Source: Candidatus Avilachnospira sp.
GTDB taxonomy: Bacteria; Bacillota; Clostridia; Oscillospirales; Oscillospiraceae
Direction: 5' to 3'
DNA: 63,943 bases
Assembly (NCBI GenBank): GCA_045530865.1
Contig: JAZSCX010000107.1
Coordinates: 1-63,943 of the forward strand
Shown here: piece after piece, positions 8,016 through 16,197 of the stretch
How positions within the stretch are numbered: the stretch's first letter is position 1
Layout of the letters: every line of letters begins with the position of its first letter
Made by a program: the position numbers and the translations under genes
Notes under the pieces: generated by a model
What the model saw: the letters and a program-made list of their open reading frames with translations, nothing else
Database searches by the model: none
Told to the model about the DNA's origin: nothing

Positions 8016-9056
8016 TTAGATGTCCTTGAGCACGCTCTCGCGGAGAATCTTGTAGATGTGGGGAGGATTGCCGTCCTGCTTCTGCAGCTCCTTGATCTTG
8101 TCGTGGGGCAGGGAAGCGGCCAGACGCATCATGTGGTTGTTCATGCGGACGAACTCGGTAGTGGCTTCGATGCCGTCCATGCGTGCGGGCCAGTTGTCCA
8201 TGATGAACCAGCCGTTCTTGTCATGCAGGTCCATGTTGACATAGCCGATCTGCTGCAGCTTCCAGAAGAACTCCAGACCCTGCCAGAAGCTGACGGTGCC
8301 GAAGATCAGGTCATCGTCGAAGCGGCCCATGTTGTCATTCAGGTGGATCATGGCCAGCAGATCAAAAGCGTTGGCCAGAGCGACACTCTCTGCGGGGTTC
8401 TCATTGCCGAACAGAGCATGGCCGTAGTCCACGATCAGCTTGCAGTTGTCATAGCCGGTCATCTTGTTGACTTCCTGACACAGCAGGATGACCTTGCTGA
8501 CATCGGAAGCATACTGATGGGTCAGAGGCTCGTAGTTCTTGTATTCGAGGGTGCACTTGACGTTCTTGTTGTGACCTGCAATCTCGGCGATGCAGTCTCT
8601 CATGTACTTGTAGTGGGTGACATAGTCATCCTGGAACGGATAGTTGTAGCCGTCGTGAGCCATCCAGAACATAATGTCCACAGCATCGGCTGCTTCTGCC
8701 CAGTCCATGTGACGCTTGCCCAGCTCCACGATGTCGCGGCGGGTCTGAGGATCACGGGCGGCGAAGGTGCCATACTTCCAGTGAGCCTTGGTGTAGTTGT
8801 CGGGGCCGCAGGAACCGACGACGAAGCCGTACTGTGCCAGCTTGTCCTTGTAGGCGATGGGATCGTCCATCTCTTCGCCCAGATACGTGCCGTAGCCGAT
8901 GGCGCTCATGCCGCCGATCTTGGCGAACATTTCCAGCTTTTCTTCGAAGGTGGGCATCTTCATCAGAGGCTTGTAGCCTTCATCGACGAAGCGGTCACAC
9001 ATATTGCTGAAGGTCGCGCCGGCGCACATCAGCTTCATAACATAATTGTCTGCCAT
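8016..9056 (-). CDS. sugar (phosphate) isomerase/epimerase, xylose-isomerase-like TIM barrel
   Basis: 346 aa with a metal-ligand-like pattern (...MAHDGYNYP..., ...LEYKNYEP..., ...VDYGHALF..., ...HLNDN...). RBS GGGAGG is present. Confidence 0.65.
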   Translation of the reverse strand: MADNYVMKLMCAGATFSNMCDRFVDEGYKPLMKMPTFEEKLEMFAKIGGMSAIGYGTYLGEEMDDPIAYKDKLAQYGFVVGSCGPDNYTKAHWKYGTFAARDPQTRRDIVELGKRHMDWAEAADAVDIMFWMAHDGYNYPFQDDYVTHYKYMRDCIAEIAGHNKNVKCTLEYKNYEPLTHQYASDVSKVILLCQEVNKMTGYDNCKLIVDYGHALFGNENPAESVALANAFDLLAMIHLNDNMGRFDDDLIFGTVSFWQGLEFFWKLQQIGYVNMDLHDKNGWFIMDNWPARMDGIEATTEFVRMNNHMMRLAASLPHDKIKELQKQDGNPPHIYKILRESVLKDI

Positions 9057-9511
9057 TTAGAGGTACCTCCCTGTGTAAATTTGAGAGCCTGCCTGCGGAA
9101 AATACGCATACTTCCGCCTTGGATATGGCTGGTTGGGGATATTATACGCCCTTATTATAAATTTGTAAAGTTATAAATATATTATAAGTGAAAGATAATG
9201 CTAAGGATCTGAAAACCCGAAAAAGAAAAACGGCGAAAAAAATTTAAATTCTTTTTCTAAATTTGGCGAAAACCTGTTCATCTGGTACAATATGTTTGCG
9301 AATTGTGCACTATTGTGCATGTTTACAATGTTTGGACATCTGTTTTGTGCAGACTGCATATTGACGGTGCTGCCGGGAAAATGGTAAAATGAGTGCAAAT
9401 GGGATTAGTATGGACTTAAAACTTTTAAGTGATTTGTAATAAAAAATAATTAAAAGATAAGTAAACTGTTTCAGTACAGATCCGATTGAGGAAAGGTAAG
9501 GTACGTCTGCC

Positions 9512-10930
9512 ATGGGTGAACGTGTTGTTCTGGCGCTGGATATCGGCGCAAGCTCGGGACGGGGTATTCTCGGTTATTATAATGAGGAAACCGGCGTTCT
9601 GAGAACGGAGGAAGTCCATCGCTTCGTTCATGAGTTTATCCGTCTCAGCGGCGGTGTCTATTGGGATTATATCGGCATCTACAGAGGTGTTCTGGACTGC
9701 CTGCGTGCGTGCAAAAAGAGAAACATTCCTCTGGAATGCATCGCCATCGATACCTGGGGTCAGGACTATGCCTACATTGGCAAAAACGGTGAGATTCTTG
9801 GCCTGCCCCGCAGCTACCGGGATCCTAAGCCCGAACCCTATGCAGGAGATCTGGAAAAGGATCTTTGCATGGACAGCCATGCTTTCTGCATGCGTACCGG
9901 CGGCCCTGCCGGCGTGATCTCCACGGCACGGCAGCTGTACTATGACCGCCGCTTCCGTACCGATCTCTTCCATCAGGCCCGTTACTGGGTCTATATGCCC
10001 TATCTGTTCGTCTATCTGATGTCTGATGTGGTGGGCTACGATGTGACCCTGCCTTCTCCGGGTGAGCTGCTGGATATCAACACCATGGATATCAGCCCCA
10101 AAACCGCCACGGCTGTGGGTATCGAAAAGATCACACCGCCCCGGTTCCGCAGTGCCACTATCATGGGTCATACCAACCGCGCCGTGTTTGAGGAGACCGG
10201 CTATGAGGCTCTGCCCATCGCCTGTATCGATGCCCACGATACCTCCAGTGCTGTGGATGCCATTCCAGACACCGGCGATTTCCTCTGGATCAGCAGCGGT
10301 ACTTATAATATGTTCGGCGCTGTCATGCAGGAGACCATCCTCAATGACAAGCTGCTGGAGATCGGCTGCCGCAACACCCCTCTGGGTGACGGACGTTCCT
10401 GCCTGATGTGCGGCGCTGCCGGTATGTATTTCATCAACCAGTGCATGAAGTACTGGGCAGAGCACGGCATTGAGGTCACCTTCCCACAGCTGACGGCTTA
10501 TGCCATGGAGCACCGCAGCGACGCGTGGTTCGATTTCAAGGATCTGCCTTCCGTTCCCGTCAATATGCCCGCAGAGATCTGCGCCGCCATTGAAAAGCAG
10601 GGCTTCGCAGCTCCCACTACGCCGGAGGATCTGTATGTGATCTTTGCCAACTCTCTGGCAAAGGAAACGGCAGAGGTACTGCTGAAGCTGGAAAAAGCGC
10701 TGGACCGCAGCTTCAATCTGGTCTATGTGCTGGGCGGCGGCTCCAAGGCTTCTGCAGTCAATATGCGCATTGCGGAGCTCAGCGGCAAAAAGCTCTATAC
10801 CGGACTGACGGAGGCCGCTTCCGTAGGCAATCTGCTGTTCCAGCTCATTGCCATCGGCGCCATCTCCCGTGAGGAAGCTGCCGATGTGTCCCGCAGATCC
10901 TTCCTGCTGGAGGAGTTCGGAGCGCAGTAA
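9512..10930 (+). CDS. FGGY-family carbohydrate kinase, rhamnulokinase-like
   Basis: The N-terminal LALDIGASSGRGILG, IAIDTWGQDY and the C-terminal VLGGGSKA match the RhaB-like branch of FGGY kinases. Confidence 0.75.
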   Translation: MGERVVLALDIGASSGRGILGYYNEETGVLRTEEVHRFVHEFIRLSGGVYWDYIGIYRGVLDCLRACKKRNIPLECIAIDTWGQDYAYIGKNGEILGLPRSYRDPKPEPYAGDLEKDLCMDSHAFCMRTGGPAGVISTARQLYYDRRFRTDLFHQARYWVYMPYLFVYLMSDVVGYDVTLPSPGELLDINTMDISPKTATAVGIEKITPPRFRSATIMGHTNRAVFEETGYEALPIACIDAHDTSSAVDAIPDTGDFLWISSGTYNMFGAVMQETILNDKLLEIGCRNTPLGDGRSCLMCGAAGMYFINQCMKYWAEHGIEVTFPQLTAYAMEHRSDAWFDFKDLPSVPVNMPAEICAAIEKQGFAAPTTPEDLYVIFANSLAKETAEVLLKLEKALDRSFNLVYVLGGGSKASAVNMRIAELSGKKLYTGLTEAASVGNLLFQLIAIGAISREEAADVSRRSFLLEEFGAQ

Positions 10931-10945
10931 AGGCGGTTGATATGG

Positions 10946-11212
10946 ATGAGCATCAAAATCATTGACGGTCATTTCTACACCGGCCCGGTTCCGGAGCAGT
11001 ATGTGGATGACCGCATGCTGGAGACAACACTCCGGGTGATGGATCATCTGGATATTGAACGTGCCATCAGCGCCAACTCCTATATGTTTATTGGACATCA
11101 GTTCGAGCAGTGTCCCATGCTGGGCGTTGTCTACGGCGCCCAGATCTCCGATCTGGAAAAGGAAAAGATCCTGCGCCACAATGCACTCCGTGTGTTCTTC
11201 CATGAGGAATAA
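10946..11212 (+). pseudogene. internally deleted remnant of an amidohydrolase paralogue
   Basis: MSIKIIDGHFYTGP...VMDHLDIERAISAN is fused to ...PMLGVVYGAQISDLEKEKILRHNALRVFFHEE. These align to residues ~1-45 and ~215-260 of the next gene (11256-12038). The HxH motif has decayed to GHFY. Confidence 0.7.
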
Positions 11213-11255
11213 AACATAAACAGCTCCAACAATCAATAAGGAGGTAGACAAACTT

Positions 11256-12038
11256 ATGAGCTTCAAAATCATTGATACACATATGCACTTTGGCCCCGAA
11301 CCCGCACGGATGGTTCCTGATCACTCCGTTGAGAGCCTGGTCGCCATTATGGACCATCTGGACATCGAAAAGGGCATCAGCGCCAACTGCATGTCCCTGA
11401 GCAAAAACCTGTGGGAACAGGGTCTGCAGGATGACTTCGCTGCCTACGAAAAGAGCGGCGGCCGTATTTTCAGTTTCTTCGGTTATGATCCCCTGTACAT
11501 CGATCAGTGCGTGGAAGTCATGCGCAGACATGCCGGTGATCCCCGCTGCGTAGGCATCAAGATTCATCCCAGCGGCTCCAAGGTCAAAGCCGATGACGAG
11601 CGCTACCGCCCTGTCTGGGAGATGGCCAGAGAGCTGAAGCTGCCCCTGATGTCCCACACCTGGGATGTCTCCACCTACAACCCCAACCAGATCTATGCAG
11701 TTGCAGGTCTGTTTGAGAAGTACATCGCTGAATATCCCGATGTTACCTTCGTGTTTGGTCACTGCGGCGGCCGCTACCACGGTATCAAGCAGGCCATTGA
11801 GATCGGCAAGAAGTACCCCAATGCCCACTATGACATCACAGGCGATATCTGGCTCAACGGCTTCATCGAAGAGCTGGTGGACGGCGTCGGCGCAGACCGT
11901 ATCGTCTACGGCAGTGACTGGACCATGATCGAGCAGCGTCCCATGCTGGGCGTTGTGTACGGCTCCAACCTGCCCGCAGTGGACAAGGAAAAGATCCTGC
12001 GGTATACTGCGGCTCGTATTTACTTTGGCGAAGAATAA
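11256..12038 (+). CDS. amidohydrolase-2 (TIM-barrel metal-dependent hydrolase/lactonase/decarboxylase) family protein, catalytic-type
   Basis: DTHMH (HxH), GIKIHPS, MSHTW, FGHCGGR and YGSDW are all present. RBS AAGGAGG. Confidence 0.8.
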   Translation: MSFKIIDTHMHFGPEPARMVPDHSVESLVAIMDHLDIEKGISANCMSLSKNLWEQGLQDDFAAYEKSGGRIFSFFGYDPLYIDQCVEVMRRHAGDPRCVGIKIHPSGSKVKADDERYRPVWEMARELKLPLMSHTWDVSTYNPNQIYAVAGLFEKYIAEYPDVTFVFGHCGGRYHGIKQAIEIGKKYPNAHYDITGDIWLNGFIEELVDGVGADRIVYGSDWTMIEQRPMLGVVYGSNLPAVDKEKILRYTAARIYFGEE

Positions 12039-12071
12039 CGCCGGCTGATATCTGATATAGGAGGTATTATC

Positions 12072-12866
12072 ATGAGCGTACAGAAGCGCAGCGATGAATT
12101 CAAAAAGTGGATCAACGAATCTGACATTATTGATATTGACGTGTGGTGGGATCCCACCTTCGATCAGGGCTTCGTTACCTACAAGGATTTCGAGAAGCAG
12201 ATGGCTGATTACTACGAATTCGGTCTGAAGAAGTGCATCGTCACCAACAAGGCATCCATGATCCGCGATGCCGCCGAAGGCAACGCCGAACTGGCAGAAA
12301 TCATCAAGGGCAAGGAAAACATGTATGGCTGCATGGTGGTTGTTCCTGAGATGGGCTATGTGGACGATAAGGGCGAAGCCTATGTCCAGAGCCTGCTGGA
12401 TCAGGGCTTTGTGGCTGCCCGCATCTTCCCCAAGACCTACATCCACTCCATGCAGGAATACTGCATCGGCCCCATCCTGGATACCCTGGAAAAGCTGGGC
12501 GTGCCCCTGATGCTGTGGCATACTGAGGCCACCTGGGATGACATGGACCGCATCTGCACCAACCATCCCGACCTGAATGTTATCGTGGAAGGCCATGACC
12601 GAAAGCTGCTGTATCATGCTCGCGACTATGTCGGTCTGATGCGCAAGCACAAGAACTTCTTTGTGGAGACCCACAATCTGGTTCTGTTCAACGACATCGA
12701 GACGATCTGCAAGTACTGCGGCTGCGATCAGCTGCTCTACGGCTCCTACTACCCCTACATGACTCCCTACTTCTCTCTGTACCCCGTCATGCAGGCTGTT
12801 ATCCCCGAAGAGGAGATTCAGAAGATCATCGCCGGCAACGCCAAGCGCATCTTCAAGATCGGCTAA
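12072..12866 (+). CDS. amidohydrolase-2-like protein lacking the HxH and strand-8 Asp motifs
   Basis: It is homologous to 47026-47820. The N-terminus reads IDIDVWWD instead of HxH, and LLYGSYYPY replaces GSDW. RBS AGGAGG. Confidence 0.7.
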   Translation: MSVQKRSDEFKKWINESDIIDIDVWWDPTFDQGFVTYKDFEKQMADYYEFGLKKCIVTNKASMIRDAAEGNAELAEIIKGKENMYGCMVVVPEMGYVDDKGEAYVQSLLDQGFVAARIFPKTYIHSMQEYCIGPILDTLEKLGVPLMLWHTEATWDDMDRICTNHPDLNVIVEGHDRKLLYHARDYVGLMRKHKNFFVETHNLVLFNDIETICKYCGCDQLLYGSYYPYMTPYFSLYPVMQAVIPEEEIQKIIAGNAKRIFKIG

Positions 12867-12877
12867 ATACAAAAAAT

Positions 12878-12903
12878 CGGAGCCATCCTTTTGGAAGGCT
12901 CCG
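12878..12903. terminator. bidirectional stem-loop between convergent genes
   Basis: CGGAGCCATCC-TTTT-GGAAGGCTCCG, with one mismatch. Confidence 0.5.
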
Positions 12904-12914
12904 AGGGGAAAACT

Positions 12915-13670
12915 TTAAACGATCATCACGTCCACGCCGGCTTTCTGCAGGGCATCGATGGCCTCCGGCTTTGCACCGGAGTCTGTGATCAGCAGATCAA
13001 TGGAGTCCACACTGCCCATCTGCACGAAGCTGACGGTTCCGACCTTGGTGTGATCGGCAACCACAATGGTTTTCTTGGCGCACTCCATGACCACCTGGTT
13101 CAGCTCGCTTTCAAAGTGCATGGCGTTGGTGATACCCATTTTGGCATCCACGCCCTCCACGGAGATGAACAGCTTATCGAGATTGAAGCTGCGAACCTGC
13201 TGAATGGTCTGCACACCGAAGGTGGCGCCCAGCTGCCGGTTCATGGTGCCGCCCAGAACGACAACCTTGGCGTTGGGAAGCTTCTGCAGCTCCAAAGCAA
13301 TGTGCATGGAGTTGGTAACGGCAATAAAATGCACTGCCGGGTCAATAAAGCGGGCCACCTGACGGGTGGTGCTGCCGGTGTAAAACAGCACGGCGTCTCC
13401 GTCCTCGATCAGTTTTGCGGCGGCCTTGCCGATCCGTTCCTTCTCGTCGATGTGGGAGACCAGTTCAAAATTGTCGTTGGCGATCCGGTTATTGCTGGCA
13501 ACGACCTTTCCGAACAGCCGCTTGCAGACGCCCAGCCGTTCCAGATAGATCAGGTCACTCCGCAGGGTGACGGAAGATACGTTAAACATTTGGGCAAGCT
13601 GACTGGTTTGCAGTTCCTGACGCTCCATAATCAGGCGCTTGAGTTTTTCCCGTCTTTGTACAATGTCCAT
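12915..13670 (-). CDS. DeoR/GlpR-family transcriptional repressor
   Basis: MDIVQRREKLKRLIMERQELQTSQLAQMFNVSSVTLRSDLIYLE is a DeoR HTH, followed by a C-terminal sugar-phosphate sensor domain. The start was chosen at the internal ATG that has an RBS. Confidence 0.85.
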   Translation of the reverse strand: MDIVQRREKLKRLIMERQELQTSQLAQMFNVSSVTLRSDLIYLERLGVCKRLFGKVVASNNRIANDNFELVSHIDEKERIGKAAAKLIEDGDAVLFYTGSTTRQVARFIDPAVHFIAVTNSMHIALELQKLPNAKVVVLGGTMNRQLGATFGVQTIQQVRSFNLDKLFISVEGVDAKMGITNAMHFESELNQVVMECAKKTIVVADHTKVGTVSFVQMGSVDSIDLLITDSGAKPEAIDALQKAGVDVMIV

Positions 13671-13766
13671 CGTGCTCTTTCCTTTGTTTTTGTTATTTTT
13701 TAATTTCAAAAGATTTTCATTTGCTAATATCTATATTATATTATCTATTTAATGTTTGTCAACCCG

Positions 13767-13784
13767 GCTTTCCCGCGGGAAAGC
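13767..13784. promoter_or_regulatory. perfect 18-bp palindrome in the divergent deoR/operon promoter region
   Basis: GCTTTCCCGCGGGAAAGC is GC-rich within an otherwise AT-rich 160-bp intergenic region. Confidence 0.4.
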
Positions 13785-13828
13785 ATCCAACACGTTTATA
13801 AAAATTTTTTATATATTTAGGAGGACAT

Positions 13829-14959
13829 ATGAAAACTGTTAAATTTGGTATTATCGGCTGTGGCCTGATGGGCAAGGAATTCGCCGGCGCTGCCGGTCGC
13901 TGGTCTCACCTGAACGAAGAGATCCCCGCTCCCGAAATCATCGCTGTCTGCGACGCCAACCCCGCTGCTCTGGAATGGTTCACCAACCGTGTGGACACCA
14001 TCAAGTACACCTACAACGATTACAAGGAACTGCTGGCCAACCCCGAGGTCGAGGCTATCTACTGCGCCGTTCCTCACGTTCTGCACAAGCAGATCTACGT
14101 TGATATCATCGACTCCGGCAAGCACTTCCTGGGTGAGAAGCCCTTCGGCATGGATCAGGATGCCAACAACGCCATCATCGAGGCATGCAAGCGTCATCCC
14201 AACTCCGTGGTCCGCTGCGCCTCCGAGTTCCCCTTCTATCCCGCCTGCCAGAAGCTGATCTCCTGGATCAAGGAAGGCAAGGTCGGCCGCATTCTGGAAG
14301 TCAACGCCGGTCTGAACCACTCCTCCGATATGGATCCCAACAAGCCCATCAACTGGAAGCGTATCATCGGTGTCAACGGTGAGTACGGCTGCATGGGCGA
14401 CCTGGGCATTCACACCGAGCACGTTCCCTTCCGTATGGGCTGGATCCCCCAGAACGTCTGCGCCAAGCTGTGCAAGTACGTCACCGAGCGCCCCGACGGC
14501 AAGGGCGGCATGGCTCCCTGCGAGACCTGGGACAACGCCACTCTGGTCTGCGATGTGAAGGATGCCGACGGCAACGAATTCCCCATGACTCTGGAAATGA
14601 AGCGCATGAAGCCCGGCGCTACCAACGACTGGTATCTGGAAGTCTATGGCATGAAGTCCTCCGTGAAGTTCTCCTCCGATGACCCCAACGCCTTCTACTT
14701 CTCCCAGCAGATGGGCGCTGAGCAGGCATGGTGCCGCGTTGTTGTCGGCAACAAGCCCCAGTTCCCCACCGCCACCGGCGCCATCTTCGAGTTCGGCTTT
14801 GCTGACTCCATGCTGCAGATGTGGGCTTCCTTCCTGAAGGAAATCGACGGTCAGGAAGTGGAATTCGGCTGCTTCCGTCCCGAGGAAAGCATCATCTCCC
14901 ACAAGCTGCACACCGCTGCTCTGCGTTCCCAGAAGGAAAAGACCATCGTTTCGCTTTAA
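13829..14959 (+). CDS. Gfo/Idh/MocA-family NAD(P)-dependent oxidoreductase
   Basis: MKTVKFGIIGCGLMGKEF is a Rossmann GxGxxG motif; EKP is seen in ...HFLGEKPFG.... RBS AGGAGG. Confidence 0.85.
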   Translation: MKTVKFGIIGCGLMGKEFAGAAGRWSHLNEEIPAPEIIAVCDANPAALEWFTNRVDTIKYTYNDYKELLANPEVEAIYCAVPHVLHKQIYVDIIDSGKHFLGEKPFGMDQDANNAIIEACKRHPNSVVRCASEFPFYPACQKLISWIKEGKVGRILEVNAGLNHSSDMDPNKPINWKRIIGVNGEYGCMGDLGIHTEHVPFRMGWIPQNVCAKLCKYVTERPDGKGGMAPCETWDNATLVCDVKDADGNEFPMTLEMKRMKPGATNDWYLEVYGMKSSVKFSSDDPNAFYFSQQMGAEQAWCRVVVGNKPQFPTATGAIFEFGFADSMLQMWASFLKEIDGQEVEFGCFRPEESIISHKLHTAALRSQKEKTIVSL

Positions 14960-14986
14960 TCTGCAATGAAAACAGGAGGACCGAAT

Positions 14987-16180
14987 ATGGATCCGAAAAT
15001 TTCCATTGGTATTGACAATTGTTTTGCCCTGAAGCGCTGGGTCACCCCCTCTGAGTGGGCCCGTGTGATCCGCGAAATGGGCATGAAGTACGTGGAAGGC
15101 GTGGCCGATCTGGAGATCGAGCCTCTGCTGACCCCCAAGGCCTGCCACGATCAGTGGATCGAGGAAGTCAACGAGCAGAAGGCCAAGCACGGCGTGCAGG
15201 TGGTCATGATGTACTCCAATGACTCCACCTATGATACGGCCGGTTTTGCCCATCCCGATGCCCGCATCCGCGATTACTATGTGGATGGCTGGTTTGACGA
15301 GTATATGCGCATCTCCGGCGCCATCGGCGCCGATGTGGGCTACTTTGTCCATGGTGTTCCCGAAGAGATCCTGTACAACAAGGCCCGCTATGAAGAAATG
15401 GGACGCAATGTGTATGACTGCATGAACCGCGTTGGCGATCAGGCCAAAAAGTATGGCGTGAAGCATGTGGCGCTGGAGCAGATGTACACCCCCCATCAGC
15501 CTCCCTTCACCATTGCCAGCATGCGCCGCCTGATGCAGCAGACCCTGAAGGACGGCCACTATCCTCTGTATGTTACCGAGGACGTGGGTCATCACTGCCC
15601 CTTCTATCTGCGTCCCACCGAAGAGACGCTGGTCAAGGGCTTTGCCCGTTACTGCCAGGATGGCTACATCCCCCTGTGGCTGGGCAGCCTGAAGGCACAG
15701 GATCTGTTCACCGGCGAACGCAAGGCAGGCCGTGACACCCTGCGCAAGGAAACCATTCAGGCCATTCTGGAGGATGTGCAGGAGAACGGTCACCTGTTCT
15801 CCGAAGAGAAGGACAATGACTGCTATCAGTGGCTCAAGGAACTGGGCTGCTGGTCTCCCACGGTCCATCTGCAGCAGACCAACGGCAAGTCCTCCGGTCA
15901 TGCGCCCTTCTCTCCCGAGGCCAACGAGGATGGCATCATCCATCCCGTCAAGATCCTGCGCGCCCTGAAGGAAGCCTACGATCAGCCCGAGGATCCCACC
16001 ATGCCTGAGCGCTGCGATCACATCTACCTGATCCAGGAGCTGTACCTGAGCACCAAGGATATCGGTTATCAGGGCTTGCACAAGCTGGGCTGGAGCACCG
16101 ATTATCTGCGTAAGTTCATTCCCAGAGACGATATGCCTCTGAGCGAACTGCTGGAATACAACAAGCACGTTGAATTTTAA
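14987..16180 (+). CDS. xylose-isomerase-like TIM-barrel protein (sugar isomerase/epimerase/dehydratase fold)
   Basis: MDPKISIGIDNCFALKRW...ALEQMYTPHQ...VTEDVGHH. RBS AGGAGG lies before the ATG at 14987. Confidence 0.7.
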   Translation: MDPKISIGIDNCFALKRWVTPSEWARVIREMGMKYVEGVADLEIEPLLTPKACHDQWIEEVNEQKAKHGVQVVMMYSNDSTYDTAGFAHPDARIRDYYVDGWFDEYMRISGAIGADVGYFVHGVPEEILYNKARYEEMGRNVYDCMNRVGDQAKKYGVKHVALEQMYTPHQPPFTIASMRRLMQQTLKDGHYPLYVTEDVGHHCPFYLRPTEETLVKGFARYCQDGYIPLWLGSLKAQDLFTGERKAGRDTLRKETIQAILEDVQENGHLFSEEKDNDCYQWLKELGCWSPTVHLQQTNGKSSGHAPFSPEANEDGIIHPVKILRALKEAYDQPEDPTMPERCDHIYLIQELYLSTKDIGYQGLHKLGWSTDYLRKFIPRDDMPLSELLEYNKHVEF

Positions 16181-16197
16181 TGAAGGAGAATATAAAT

